Shown: positions 8,273 through 18,369 of the stretch, piece by piece
Layout: the number at the start of each line of letters is the position of its first letter
Position numbering within the stretch: the stretch's first letter is position 1
Source: an uncultured Porphyromonadaceae bacterium
GTDB taxonomy: Bacteria; Bacteroidota; Bacteroidia; Bacteroidales; Muribaculaceae
Assembly: GCA_902470475.1 (NCBI GenBank)
Contig: CABRGT010000002.1
Span: forward strand, 25,046 to 89,045
Direction: 5' to 3'
DNA length: 64,000 nt
Made by a program: the position numbers and the translations under genes
Notes under the pieces: model-generated
Told to the model about the DNA's origin: nothing
Database searches by the model: none
Seen by the model: the letters and a program-made list of their open reading frames with translations, nothing else

Positions 8273-10279
8273 TCATGAGAAGTCGAAATCGTCGCAATCG
8301 GCCAGGGTGATGCCACTGCCGGTATACCGGCTCCACGACCGGGACGGATCGGCGACGTTCTCGAAATCGTAGAGTCCGATCGGCAGCCCGTTGAGAAAGT
8401 ACATCAGCGTCTGATCACCGGCATCCTCGACCCGTGCGGCCCGGTTGCTGCGGTAGACATAGAGCCTGTCTTTCGCACGCGTCATGGCCACATAGAGACA
8501 CCGGCGGTCTTCCTCGATCGCATCGAAGCCGCTTGCCACAGCCTTGGCCGACGGATACTGCGAATAGCTGACATTGATAATATAGCAGTTGGCGGCCTCG
8601 AGACCCTTGGCCGAATGGATGGTGGTAAGCACGACATTGTCAGGCTCGCCTTCGGATTCCTCCTTCATGCCCGTCTCGAGCGACGGATCGAGAATATAGT
8701 CGGCTATGAATGCGGCGAGGCCGTCGGAAGCCGCGCCTATGCGCTGCAGGAGCGGCAGGTCGGCGCGGCGGCGCGCCCAGTCGTCCTTGTATTTCAGACC
8801 GAGAATGCGGTCGAGGCCATTGAAGGCAGCCTCGATGGCGAGGCTCACTTCGGCACGCAGGTCGTTGATGGCGCGGAGCGTGAGTGCTGCCGCGGGATCG
8901 ACCGCCGGATTGGCCTCAAGCGCCCCGATACAGGCGCCGAGGCTGTCGAGTCCGAGCAAGGCGTCGATGATGCGGGCCGATGTAATCTCGCCGATGCGGG
9001 GAAAGAGCATCAGATAGCGCGACCAGGCGAGTTCGTCGCGCGGATTGCTCACCACGCGCAGGGCCGACACCACGTCGCGGACATGTGCCGAGGCCATCAG
9101 TCCGGTACCTCCGTAGATGACATAGGGGATGCGGGCCTCGATCAGACACGTCTCGACTGCCTTAAGCCCCCAGTTGGAACGCGACAGCACCATATTGTCG
9201 CGGTAGTTCAGACCTTCGACACCGATCGAGTCACGGATTTTCATGACAATGTCGCGGGCCTGGTCCCATTCCTGACTGAAATGGCAGAGCGCCGGCCTGA
9301 TGCCCTTGCCACGGTGGGCGGTGAGGGCCTTGTCGTAGCCGAGGGGCGACTGTGCGAGGAGCCAGTTCGAAAGATCGAGTATTTCCTGGGTCGACCGGTA
9401 ATTGACCATGAGCTTCTTCACACACGAATCCGGTACGATGCGCGCGAAATTGTGTATCGACCTGAAGTCGGCGCCACGGAATCCGTAGATCGACTGCGCG
9501 TCGTCGCCGACGCAGAAAAGATTGCAGGAGTTCCAGAACGACTCGAGCAGCTGGTACTGCAGCGGATTGGTGTCCTGCATCTCGTCAACGAGGATATGAT
9601 CGTAGGCGGCTGCGATGTATGCGGCCGCTTCCGGATTCCTGCGCAGCCCCACGGCGACTTTCTGCAGGATGTCGTCGTAATCGAGGTAACGCCTTTCGGC
9701 CTTGAATGCAAGATATTTGCGGATGACTTCCTGGTATACGGGCAACTTTTTAAGAATCTTCGCCCGTGTATCTTCGTCGACATTGCCGTTGAACAGGCGC
9801 ACGCCTATGGCAGTGGATAGGTTGCACCGCGCGTTGACGACGTAGGAATAGACCTCGGCAAGTTCCTCGGGCTGTATGAAATTGCTCTTCTTGAAATATC
9901 GGCCGCAGACAAGACGGAAGGCGCTGTCGCGGTCCTCCTCGTCGATAACTGTGAACTTCCCGAAGTCGAAAACCTTTGGATTGCTGTGGATCAGTTCCAT
10001 GCACCAGGAGTGGAACGTCTGGCCACGGAGTTTGTCGATGTCGGGGGCGGCCGATGACTGCAGGCGGTCGACGATCTCACGGGCCGACTTGCGGGTGAAC
10101 GACAGGATGAGCAGCCGCGACGGATGCACGCCCTTTCCGAGGAGATATTTAGCACGGGCGATGATAGTGCGCGTCTTGCCTGTGCCGGCGCCGGCAAGCA
10201 CCAGCAGATTGCGTCCTTCGAAAGTGGCCGCGTCGCGCTGTTGCGCGTTCAGTTCGTCGAGATATCCGTTGTCTGCCAT
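8273..10279 (-). CDS. SF1A ATP-dependent DNA helicase, UvrD/Rep family
   Basis: Q motif LNAQQ, Walker A AGAGTGKT, LVDEMQDTN, VGDDAQSIYGFRGA, NYRS, TIHSAKGLE, RRCLYVAMTRAK. Confidence 0.93.
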   Translation of the reverse strand: MADNGYLDELNAQQRDAATFEGRNLLVLAGAGTGKTRTIIARAKYLLGKGVHPSRLLILSFTRKSAREIVDRLQSSAAPDIDKLRGQTFHSWCMELIHSNPKVFDFGKFTVIDEEDRDSAFRLVCGRYFKKSNFIQPEELAEVYSYVVNARCNLSTAIGVRLFNGNVDEDTRAKILKKLPVYQEVIRKYLAFKAERRYLDYDDILQKVAVGLRRNPEAAAYIAAAYDHILVDEMQDTNPLQYQLLESFWNSCNLFCVGDDAQSIYGFRGADFRSIHNFARIVPDSCVKKLMVNYRSTQEILDLSNWLLAQSPLGYDKALTAHRGKGIRPALCHFSQEWDQARDIVMKIRDSIGVEGLNYRDNMVLSRSNWGLKAVETCLIEARIPYVIYGGTGLMASAHVRDVVSALRVVSNPRDELAWSRYLMLFPRIGEITSARIIDALLGLDSLGACIGALEANPAVDPAAALTLRAINDLRAEVSLAIEAAFNGLDRILGLKYKDDWARRRADLPLLQRIGAASDGLAAFIADYILDPSLETGMKEESEGEPDNVVLTTIHSAKGLEAANCYIINVSYSQYPSAKAVASGFDAIEEDRRCLYVAMTRAKDRLYVYRSNRAARVEDAGDQTLMYFLNGLPIGLYDFENVADPSRSWSRYTGSGITLADCDDFDFS

Positions 10280-10290
10280 TTCATTCCCAT

Positions 10291-10836
10291 TTATTTACAG
10301 AACCTCACAACCCTGAGGCCGAGAGCGCCCCGGCCGCAGCGCACGCTGACGGACGAACCTGTGCGGAGGGTTCGGTAGCGCTCGTATGCTTCCTCCATGG
10401 TGAGGCTGCAGCCGCCTATGTCGATGCTGACCTCATAGACTTTCCGGCTGCCGCTCCGGACGTAGGTCCGGCGGGTGACACGCCGCATGACGGGCCGTTC
10501 TTTCACGGACTTGTCGACAACGACCGCCTGCACAAGAGGCATAGTGGCGAAGTCGGCGCCGTAGTAGTTGATATTTAGGACAGCTGAAGACAGCACGGGC
10601 GCCACGACAAGTACGCTGACGGCAAGCGCCGCCCACGGATTGCCGCCGACAAGACGGCTCCACATGCGCCGCAGGGGCAGATACAGCCCGGCAGCGGCGC
10701 CGGCGGATATTGCGACAACACCCCACAGCGGGACGAGTGTGTGCGCCGCGACGGTAAGCATCTGCACCGTCACGGCCACGGCAGCCAGCAACAGGATCAC
10801 AAGCCAGAGAGTATGTCGTCCGGAGTTAGGTTTCAT
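10291..10836 (-). CDS. Hypothetical membrane protein (about 3 TM + basic beta-rich C-domain)
   Basis: Hydrophobic N-terminal segments, Arg-rich C-domain; ends 11 nt upstream of the helicase start. Confidence 0.7.
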   Translation of the reverse strand: MKPNSGRHTLWLVILLLAAVAVTVQMLTVAAHTLVPLWGVVAISAGAAAGLYLPLRRMWSRLVGGNPWAALAVSVLVVAPVLSSAVLNINYYGADFATMPLVQAVVVDKSVKERPVMRRVTRRTYVRSGSRKVYEVSIDIGGCSLTMEEAYERYRTLRTGSSVSVRCGRGALGLRVVRFCK

Positions 10837-10943
10837 TTGAAAATTACAGTTTCCGTTATTGATACAAATTTAGTAATTTTGCACCGATAATACAAAGGAG
10901 TTGCGCAGTAAAATCGTAACAGACAGATAATCAAATCAAGAAT

Positions 10944-11738
10944 ATGAAAAAACTGATCTACACAATCGCAATCGCAGCGGCCGGAGCCTTCCTGATGCCT
11001 TCGGTACAGGCACAGCTCAGTCTTGGGCGCCTCGGAAACGCAGTGAAGCAGGGCGTACAGGCCTTCACACTCACCGACCAGCAGATGGCCGACTATGTGA
11101 AGGAATCCGTGACATGGATGGACAACAACAACAAGGTGTCGGATGCCAACAGCCCGTACACCAAACGGCTCAACCGTCTGACTGAAGGCATTACGCAGGT
11201 CGAAGGCATTCCGCTGAACTTCAAGGTCTACGAAGTGATAGATGTGAACGCGTTCGCTTGTCCCGACGGCAGTGTGCGGGTGTTCTCCTCACTGATGGAC
11301 ATAATGACCGATGACGAACTGATGGGCATCATCGGACACGAAATCGGCCACGTAGCCAAACACCACTCGCGCAAGGCATTCCAGAACGAGCTGCTCACCG
11401 GCGCGCTTAAAGAAGGCATCGCATCGACAGGCGGAGTGGCCGCGGCTCTGACCGACTCGCAGCTCGGCCAGCTGAGCCAGTCGCTGATCGGCGCGAAGTA
11501 TTCGCAGAAGCAGGAAAAGGAAGCTGATGACTACGGATATGAATTCCTTGTAAGCTACGGACGCAATCCGTGGGGCATGGTCATGGCATTTGAAAAATTC
11601 CTGGAAATGGAGCAGAGCTCCGGCACGTCGTCGAGCTACGTACAGAAGATGTTCTCGTCGCACCCCGAAACGACCGAACGCATCAAACGGCTTACCAAGC
11701 GTGCGGAAAAAGACGGCATAGCCCGTCCGGCGAAATAA
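10944..11738 (+). CDS. M48-family zinc metallopeptidase (LoiP/YggG-like)
   Basis: Signal peptide; VNAFACPDG, GHEIGH (HExxH), EKEADDYG, FSSHP. -7 element TAATTTTG at 10874-10881. Confidence 0.92.
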   Translation: MKKLIYTIAIAAAGAFLMPSVQAQLSLGRLGNAVKQGVQAFTLTDQQMADYVKESVTWMDNNNKVSDANSPYTKRLNRLTEGITQVEGIPLNFKVYEVIDVNAFACPDGSVRVFSSLMDIMTDDELMGIIGHEIGHVAKHHSRKAFQNELLTGALKEGIASTGGVAAALTDSQLGQLSQSLIGAKYSQKQEKEADDYGYEFLVSYGRNPWGMVMAFEKFLEMEQSSGTSSSYVQKMFSSHPETTERIKRLTKRAEKDGIARPAK

Positions 11739-12827
11739 TCAGAGAGACTTATACAATTCCAGCGTAGCGTCGGCAATGCGGTCCCAGTCGAAAGGCGTCA
11801 GACCATAGTGCCGGCGCTTCGGCATTTCAGCAGCCTTACGCCGGAGCGCCTCGGCCAGCGCACCTGTATCGCCGACGGGATAAAAATCGCCATCTTCGAG
11901 CATGGGCAGACGGTTTGGCTCGATATCGCTTGCTATGATGTCAATGCCGTAGCTCATAGCCTCGAGCATGGCGATGGGCAGCCCCTCATTGTACGACGGC
12001 AGCACACTGAGTGACGCGCCGCTGAAAAGCTGGCGGAGAGGATCGCCGCTGACAAATCCAGGCAGAATGACACCCTCACGGCGGGCATCCTCGACGAGCC
12101 GTCGCGAATAGTCGGTCTCGTGGTCGGGCGCACCGGCAATCACCAGGTCGCAGGTGCCGCGCAACCCCGAGGCGGCATAGGCCTCCACAAGGTCATGAAA
12201 ACCCTTCTCGGGCGTGAACCGGCCCAATGCCAGAATATAGGGCCGCTCACCTACTCCGATGCGGGAAAGATACGAGCGGTCGTCGGTGGGTTCGACCTTG
12301 TTCACTCCGTTATAGATCAGATTTATCTTCTTTTTCGGATAGCGCTCCGACAGAGAACGCCGGATAGGATCCGAGATGGCGATGACGGCATTGGCCCACC
12401 GGATGCTGCACCACTCGCCCAGACGGAGAATCGACTTCGCCACGGCGTTCCATTTGTCGTGATCGTAATTGAACGAATGGACGGTAAGCACGACTTTCAG
12501 CCCGAGCAGACGTGCCATCGGCGCAAGCAGGCCGGGACCGATACCATGGATGTGAAGCACGTCGGCTTTCGAACGGCGTGCGCGGATTATCGCCAGAAAG
12601 GTGTGAACGATCGCCTCGAAATGTTTGTCGCGCGGAGCGTACAGGTCGGCGAACCGTATGCCTGCGGGCGCGGCACCGCGGTTGCTGTCGGTAAGATATG
12701 GTCTGCGCCGGGCCACCGTGATATTTACTCCGAGGCGGGCAAGCCTCGTATAAAGCTGCTCGCAGTGAGTCTCGACCCCTCCCATTATCCCGGGAAAGCC
12801 TCGCGTTCCGGTGACAAAGAGCTTCAT
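11739..12827 (-). CDS. Glycosyltransferase family 4
   Basis: GTRGFPGIMGGVETHCE N-terminus; GRFTPEKG; PSYNEGLPIAMLEAM (ExxxxxxxE). Confidence 0.92.
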   Translation of the reverse strand: MKLFVTGTRGFPGIMGGVETHCEQLYTRLARLGVNITVARRRPYLTDSNRGAAPAGIRFADLYAPRDKHFEAIVHTFLAIIRARRSKADVLHIHGIGPGLLAPMARLLGLKVVLTVHSFNYDHDKWNAVAKSILRLGEWCSIRWANAVIAISDPIRRSLSERYPKKKINLIYNGVNKVEPTDDRSYLSRIGVGERPYILALGRFTPEKGFHDLVEAYAASGLRGTCDLVIAGAPDHETDYSRRLVEDARREGVILPGFVSGDPLRQLFSGASLSVLPSYNEGLPIAMLEAMSYGIDIIASDIEPNRLPMLEDGDFYPVGDTGALAEALRRKAAEMPKRRHYGLTPFDWDRIADATLELYKSL

Positions 12828-13882
12828 GGCAGGGATTTTATCAATTTAATATAATTCTCGCGGAACTGTCCGGCTGAAAACATGGCGGCGAGCATGCGCT
12901 TGGATTCGGCACCCATGCGGACTCTCTTATCAGGATTCTGCGCCAGATCTACGACGGCATCGGCAATTGCCTCAGCATCGCCCGCGGCGCAGAGGTGTCC
13001 GTTGACTCCGTCGGTCACCAGGCGCGGATTGTCGCCGACGGAGGTGGCCACCACCGGAAGGTCGGCGTTCATGGCTTCCATGACCGAGTTGCTTGTGCCC
13101 TCGAACAACGAAGTCGACAGATACATGTCGGCACTTCCGAGCAACGCCGGAATGCCGGGCGGATCGATAAGTATCTTCGTGATCTTTTCGATACCGCTAT
13201 CGGACACCATACGGCGTATGCGGTCCTCAAGAGATCCGTAACCCACTATGACAAAACGTAGCGAAGGCACACGGGCGGACGCAAGCGCCATGCTGCGGAT
13301 CGCTGTCCCATAGTCTTTCTGAGGTACGAACCTGCCGACCGTTATGACCGTGACAGTGTCGGAAACAGTCTTGTGACGAAGCGGAGATATATTCTCGAAA
13401 CAATTGGGAATCACCGACATGCGTGCTGCCTGAAATCCTCGCGCCACAAAACTTTCGCGAGCGGAATAGGAATTGCTGACCGTCATGGTCGCCAGCTTGT
13501 TGGTGACATAGCGGTCGGCGATCAGCTTCAGACGCGGCAGGGATGCACTGCGGATGCCGGTGACGACATTCACCCCGGTGCGGCGTCCGATATAGGCGGC
13601 AAGCACATTCGCACCGGTCAGATATGAGAACACGGCCCGCGGCTTCAGGCCCGAGAATATACGCTCGGTCTGCCGGACACGGTCGCGGAAGCCTCCGCGG
13701 AGCTGATGCAGGTCGATATCGGCCGACGCCAGCATAGGCCTGTAGCAGTCGTGGATCACATCACCGTCGAAAACGACCACATGCGTCTCATAGTCTCTGC
13801 AAAGCGCACGCGCGAGCAGAACGGCCTGTTTTTCAGCGCCGCCCTTGGCAAGATTCTTTACGAAGATGATGATTGAGTCCAT
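12824..13882 (-). CDS. Glycosyltransferase family 4
   Basis: Likely ATG start MDSIIIFVKNLAKGGAEKQ; VGRFVPQKDY; TSLFEGTSNSVMEAM; 4-nt overlap with the next GT4. Confidence 0.9.
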   Translation of the reverse strand: MDSIIIFVKNLAKGGAEKQAVLLARALCRDYETHVVVFDGDVIHDCYRPMLASADIDLHQLRGGFRDRVRQTERIFSGLKPRAVFSYLTGANVLAAYIGRRTGVNVVTGIRSASLPRLKLIADRYVTNKLATMTVSNSYSARESFVARGFQAARMSVIPNCFENISPLRHKTVSDTVTVITVGRFVPQKDYGTAIRSMALASARVPSLRFVIVGYGSLEDRIRRMVSDSGIEKITKILIDPPGIPALLGSADMYLSTSLFEGTSNSVMEAMNADLPVVATSVGDNPRLVTDGVNGHLCAAGDAEAIADAVVDLAQNPDKRVRMGAESKRMLAAMFSAGQFRENYIKLIKSLP

Positions 13883-13967
13883 TAAAGGGGTTTTGTTTCT
13901 CACTCAGGTTTTGGGTTCACTTGGTTTATTAACGGATTTTAACTGCATATATTGCACCGGAGGGCAT

Positions 13968-14021
13968 AAAAAAATACCGGCCGCATCCCGACATGTAGGT
14001 CCGGGATGCGGCCGGTATTTT
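13968..14021. terminator. Bidirectional terminator downstream of rprY
   Basis: 20-bp perfect inverted repeat AAAATACCGGCCGCATCCCG / CGGGATGCGGCCGGTATTTT. Confidence 0.85.
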
Positions 14022-14042
14022 AAGGGGAGGATATACAATAAC

Positions 14043-14750
14043 TTACTTCTTTCGCTCGGGTTCGGGCGCGATGAGCTTGTAGCCCTTGCCGTGAATGTTG
14101 ATGATCTCGATCGAGGGATCGTCCTTCAGATGCTTGCGAAGCTTGGTGATGTAGACGTCCATGGAACGTGCGTTGAAGTAGTTGTCATCGATCCAGATGG
14201 TCTTGAGCGCATAATTGCGTTCGAGGATCTGATTGGCGTGGGCGCAGAGGAGGCTGAGCAGTTCCGACTCCTTTGTGGTGAGCTTGGTGACCTTGTCATC
14301 GATCATCAGCACCTGCTTCTGTGTGTCGAAAGTGAACTTGCCGATCTTGTACATCGTGATCTCCTTGCCCTTGTTGCCCTTGACACGGCGCAGAATGGCC
14401 TCGATACGGAGCACCAGTTCTTCCATCGAGAACGGTTTGGTGATATAGTCATCGGCTCCGAGCTTGAAACCCTCGAAGATGTCTTCCTTGAGCGACTTTG
14501 CCGTAAGGAAGATAATGGGAACCTCGTTGTTGAAGGTGCGGATTTCCTGCGCGAGCGTGAAGCCGTCCTTTTTGGGCATCATCACGTCGAGGACGCAGAT
14601 GTCATATTTACCCTTCAGGAAAGCCTTGTAGCCGGCCTCGCCGTCGCTGTAAAGGTCGGCGCTGAAGCCCTTGGCCTGGAGATATTCCCGCAGCAGCATG
14701 CCAAGATTCTCGTCATCTTCGCAAAGCAGTATCTTCATGCGATCTTCCAT
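14043..14750 (-). CDS. rprY: OmpR-family response regulator RprY
   Basis: KILLCEDDENLGMLLREYL, LDVMMPKKDG, DDNYFNARSMDVYITKLRK, NIHGKGYKL. Confidence 0.93.
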   Translation of the reverse strand: MEDRMKILLCEDDENLGMLLREYLQAKGFSADLYSDGEAGYKAFLKGKYDICVLDVMMPKKDGFTLAQEIRTFNNEVPIIFLTAKSLKEDIFEGFKLGADDYITKPFSMEELVLRIEAILRRVKGNKGKEITMYKIGKFTFDTQKQVLMIDDKVTKLTTKESELLSLLCAHANQILERNYALKTIWIDDNYFNARSMDVYITKLRKHLKDDPSIEIINIHGKGYKLIAPEPERKK

Positions 14751-14755
14751 AATTG

Positions 14756-16288
14756 TTAGTTTTTAGAGAGTGGTAATATAATTATAAATTTTGTTCCTAC
14801 ATTATATTCGCTTTCGACATTGATCGTGCCGCCCAGCTCGCCTATCATCTTCTTGACATAGGCCAGGCCGAGGCCGAATCCCTTTACATCGTGCAGGTTG
14901 CCGGTGGAGACACGATAGAACTTATCGAAAATCTTCTTGAGGTCCTCGCGGCGGATACCGATGCCGTTGTCGGCGATGACGATCTCGAGGCGTTCGTCGG
15001 CCAGATCGCGCGAAGCGACGGTGATGTTGAGCGGACGTTCTTCCGAACGATATTTCACGGCATTGTCGAGCAGGTTGAATATCACGTTGGTGAAATGCAT
15101 CTCATCGACATACACCAGCGCGTTCATGGCGTCGAGGTCGGCCGATATGTGTCCGCCGTATTTCTCCACCTTCAGCTTGAAGGTGTTCACGATGTTATAG
15201 ACCGTGAGGTTGGCGTCGATCTCCTGGAGCTTCAACGTGGCTTTCTGCTTGTCGAACATCGACATCTGAAGCACTTTCTCGACCTGGAAGCGCAGACGCT
15301 TTGTCTCGTCGTTGACCACCTGCGAGATCTGCTGGAGCATGGCGGGCGACTTGCGCACCGCAGGGTCGTTGAGCATCTGCGCGGCGAGCGATATCGACGA
15401 AATGGGGGTCTTGAACTCGTGCGTCATGTTGTTGATGAAATCGTTCTTCATCTCCGTAAGCTTCTTCTGCCGGAATGCCACGATAATGACGTAGACGAAA
15501 ACTATGATCAGTATCAGAGTGAAGGCAAACGCCGGCACCAGGAACGATATCGAACGGAATATATAGTCCTTCTTCGTGGGGAAGTAGACTTTCAGATAAT
15601 AGTGCCGCGACGACGGATCACGGGGGAAAAGCGTCTGCGTGAACGTATTGTCGGGCGACGCGGCCGCAGGGCTATAGCCGGCCGAACGATACTGGATGAT
15701 GCCCGCGCGGTTGACAACCGCAAATTCGAACGGCACTTTCAGGCCGAGCGTATCAAGCTCCTGGGTAAGATATCGGCGCACAAGTGTCGAATCGGCACGA
15801 AGCATTATCGGACGCGTCGACGCGGTAGTCATGATATTCAGTATCACGTCGTCGAGCATGCCTTTCTGATACATGAAGTGGTCGCGGTAGACCTCGCTGG
15901 CATTGCGGATGCCGCTGCCGATGATCGATCCGCCGCTCTGGAGCTTGGTTATCTCCGATGCATCGCCCTTGATCGTGAGGTCAGCCTCAAGACCCGAGGC
16001 TGTCGAGAAGGTATATTTGATGCCCTCCTGACGCGGGAGCGCTCCGCCGAGACGCTGGGCGTAAATCGACTGGGACTCGACGCGGTTGACCTCGTCCTCG
16101 AGATAGTACATCGTCTCATCCTGCTCAAGCTTCACGGTGACAGCCACCAAAGCCTGACGGACACCCTGCGAGAACTGCTCGTAACGTATCTCGACGATAT
16201 TCTTCATATAGAATATCTGGATACACAGCAGAGCTATGAAGGTAAGGCCCATCAGAATGGTCAATATCCATATCGTATGTTTCTTCAT
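14756..16288 (-). CDS. rprX: Sensor histidine kinase RprX
   Basis: 2 TM; H-box FINNMTHEFKTPI; NLLDNAVKY; DNGIGI; GFGLGL; directly upstream of rprY. Confidence 0.9.
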   Translation of the reverse strand: MKKHTIWILTILMGLTFIALLCIQIFYMKNIVEIRYEQFSQGVRQALVAVTVKLEQDETMYYLEDEVNRVESQSIYAQRLGGALPRQEGIKYTFSTASGLEADLTIKGDASEITKLQSGGSIIGSGIRNASEVYRDHFMYQKGMLDDVILNIMTTASTRPIMLRADSTLVRRYLTQELDTLGLKVPFEFAVVNRAGIIQYRSAGYSPAAASPDNTFTQTLFPRDPSSRHYYLKVYFPTKKDYIFRSISFLVPAFAFTLILIIVFVYVIIVAFRQKKLTEMKNDFINNMTHEFKTPISSISLAAQMLNDPAVRKSPAMLQQISQVVNDETKRLRFQVEKVLQMSMFDKQKATLKLQEIDANLTVYNIVNTFKLKVEKYGGHISADLDAMNALVYVDEMHFTNVIFNLLDNAVKYRSEERPLNITVASRDLADERLEIVIADNGIGIRREDLKKIFDKFYRVSTGNLHDVKGFGLGLAYVKKMIGELGGTINVESEYNVGTKFIIILPLSKN

Positions 16289-16645
16289 TACGTTAATTCC
16301 CTTATCTCGACGACGTTAATTTTATTAAACTTCATTATATTTAACAATTCGGTCCCGCAATTGTTCAGGATTCGTGCGGGCCCTCATCATCGCATTTTAA
16401 CATTCAAGTGCAAATTTAACTAAATATTTTTTCTGCCGCAATAGGCTTATCCTCTAAAAATGACTATTTTGAAGAAAATTAGCCAAAATTTAATATTTTT
16501 GAGGAATAAATCACAACCCGCAATATGCCTCCGCAGGCAAAAACCGACTGCAATTTTTAAGTAAAAAACATCATATAGTCAAACAATTTTACTAACTTTG
16601 CGGTAGCAACACATACCAGCCAAAACACATTAATTATATAAGCTA

Positions 16646-18292
16646 ATGGCAACAAAACCGTTCAAATACCAGAAGATGTTTCCTCTGGGACCTGACACTA
16701 CCGAGTACTACCATCTGACATCGGACTATGTGAAAGTCGAGAACTGGGGCGGACACGAATTCCTCGTCATCGACCCTGAGGCTCTCACAGTGCTGGCCCG
16801 CCAGTGCACGCACGACAACGCATTCATGCTGCGCCGCGAGCACAATGCCATGGTCGCCAAGATCCTGCATGATCCCGAAGCGAGCGAGAACGACAAGTTC
16901 GTGGCTCTCACCATGCTCCGCAACGCCGAAGTAGCCGCCAAGGGACAGCTGCCTTTCTGCCAGGACACCGGCACAGCCATCGTACACGGCGAGAAAGGTC
17001 AATATGTATTCACGGGCTGCGACGACGCCGAGAAGATCTCGAAAGGCGTTTACGAAACCTACACCACCGACAATCTGCGCTACTCGCAGAACGCGCCCCT
17101 GACGATGTACGACGAAGTCAACACGGGCTGCAATCTGCCTGCCCAGATCGACATCCACGCCGGTGAAGATGATGAATATCACTTCCTGTTCGTGGCCAAG
17201 GGCGGTGGTTCGGCCAACAAGACATACCTCTATCAGGAGACTAAAGCCCTGCTCAATCCCGAAAAACTCATACCGTTCCTGGTCGAGAAGATGAAATCGC
17301 TCGGCACAGCCGCCTGCCCGCCCTACCACATCGCGTTCGTGATCGGCGGCACATCGGCCGAGAAGAACCTCGAGACAGTGAAAAAAGCTTCTGTCAAGTA
17401 TTACGACAATCTGCCGACCCAGGGCAACGAGCTCGGCCACGCATTCCGCGACATCGAGCTTGAGGCCATCCTCAAGAAAGAAGCCGAGAAACTCGGACTC
17501 GGAGCCCAGTTCGGCGGCAAATATTTCGCCCACGATGTCCGTGTGATCCGTCTGCCGCGCCATGGCGCCTCATGTCCGGTAGGCCTCGGCGTAAGCTGCT
17601 CGGCCGACCGCAACATCAAGGCCAAGATCAACCGCGATGGTCTGTGGATCGAGAAACTCGACACAAATCCCGGCGAGCTCATACCCGAAGAGTACCGCAA
17701 GGCCGGCGAAGGTGAGGTTGTCAAGATCGACCTCAACCGCCCGATGAAGGAAATTCTGGCCGAACTGACCAAATATCCGGTTTCGACCCGCCTGTCGCTC
17801 AACGGCACCATCATCGTAGGCCGCGACATAGCGCATGCCAAGATCAAGGAACGCCTCGACCGCGGCGAAGAAATGCCCCAGTATCTGAAGGATCACCCCA
17901 TCTACTACGCCGGCCCGGCCAAAACTCCCGCCGGAATGCCTTCGGGATCGTTCGGTCCTACAACTGCAGGCCGCATGGACTCGTACGTGGACCAGTTCCA
18001 GGCTGCCGGCGGCTCAATGGTGATGATCGCCAAGGGTAACCGCTCCAAGCAGGTGACCGACGCCTGCCACAAGCACGGAGGCTTCTATTTAGGCTCGATC
18101 GGAGGTCCGGCAGCCGTGCTGGCCCAGAACTCGATCAAGAAAGTCGAACTGCTGGAGTATCCTGAACTCGGCATGGAGGCTATCTGGAAGATCGAAGTCG
18201 AAGATTTCCCCGCATTCATCCTCGTCGATGACAAGGGCAACGATTTCTTCACTCAGATCAACGAGCGCTGCAACGCCTGCGCCCTGAAATAG
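16646..18292 (+). CDS. fumB: Fumarate hydratase class I (Fe-S)
   Basis: [38 protein letters not shown]; 548 aa. Confidence 0.96.
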   Translation: MATKPFKYQKMFPLGPDTTEYYHLTSDYVKVENWGGHEFLVIDPEALTVLARQCTHDNAFMLRREHNAMVAKILHDPEASENDKFVALTMLRNAEVAAKGQLPFCQDTGTAIVHGEKGQYVFTGCDDAEKISKGVYETYTTDNLRYSQNAPLTMYDEVNTGCNLPAQIDIHAGEDDEYHFLFVAKGGGSANKTYLYQETKALLNPEKLIPFLVEKMKSLGTAACPPYHIAFVIGGTSAEKNLETVKKASVKYYDNLPTQGNELGHAFRDIELEAILKKEAEKLGLGAQFGGKYFAHDVRVIRLPRHGASCPVGLGVSCSADRNIKAKINRDGLWIEKLDTNPGELIPEEYRKAGEGEVVKIDLNRPMKEILAELTKYPVSTRLSLNGTIIVGRDIAHAKIKERLDRGEEMPQYLKDHPIYYAGPAKTPAGMPSGSFGPTTAGRMDSYVDQFQAAGGSMVMIAKGNRSKQVTDACHKHGGFYLGSIGGPAAVLAQNSIKKVELLEYPELGMEAIWKIEVEDFPAFILVDDKGNDFFTQINERCNACALK

Positions 18293-18310
18293 GCCCTCCG
18301 GACACGACAT

Positions 18311-18347
18311 AAAAATCCCCGCAGATCACATGACCTGCGGGGATTTT
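18311..18347. terminator. Bidirectional terminator between fumarase and lipoprotein genes
   Basis: AAAATCCCCGCAG...CTGCGGGGATTTT. Confidence 0.85.
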
Positions 18348-18369
18348 CATTCTATCAGTCGGAGTGGGA

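Noticed and set aside
18301..18310. GACACGACAT repeated before two terminators (18301, 50237)
   Set aside because: The same 10-mer also occurs inside coding regions (near 7185 and 43089), so it is not specific.
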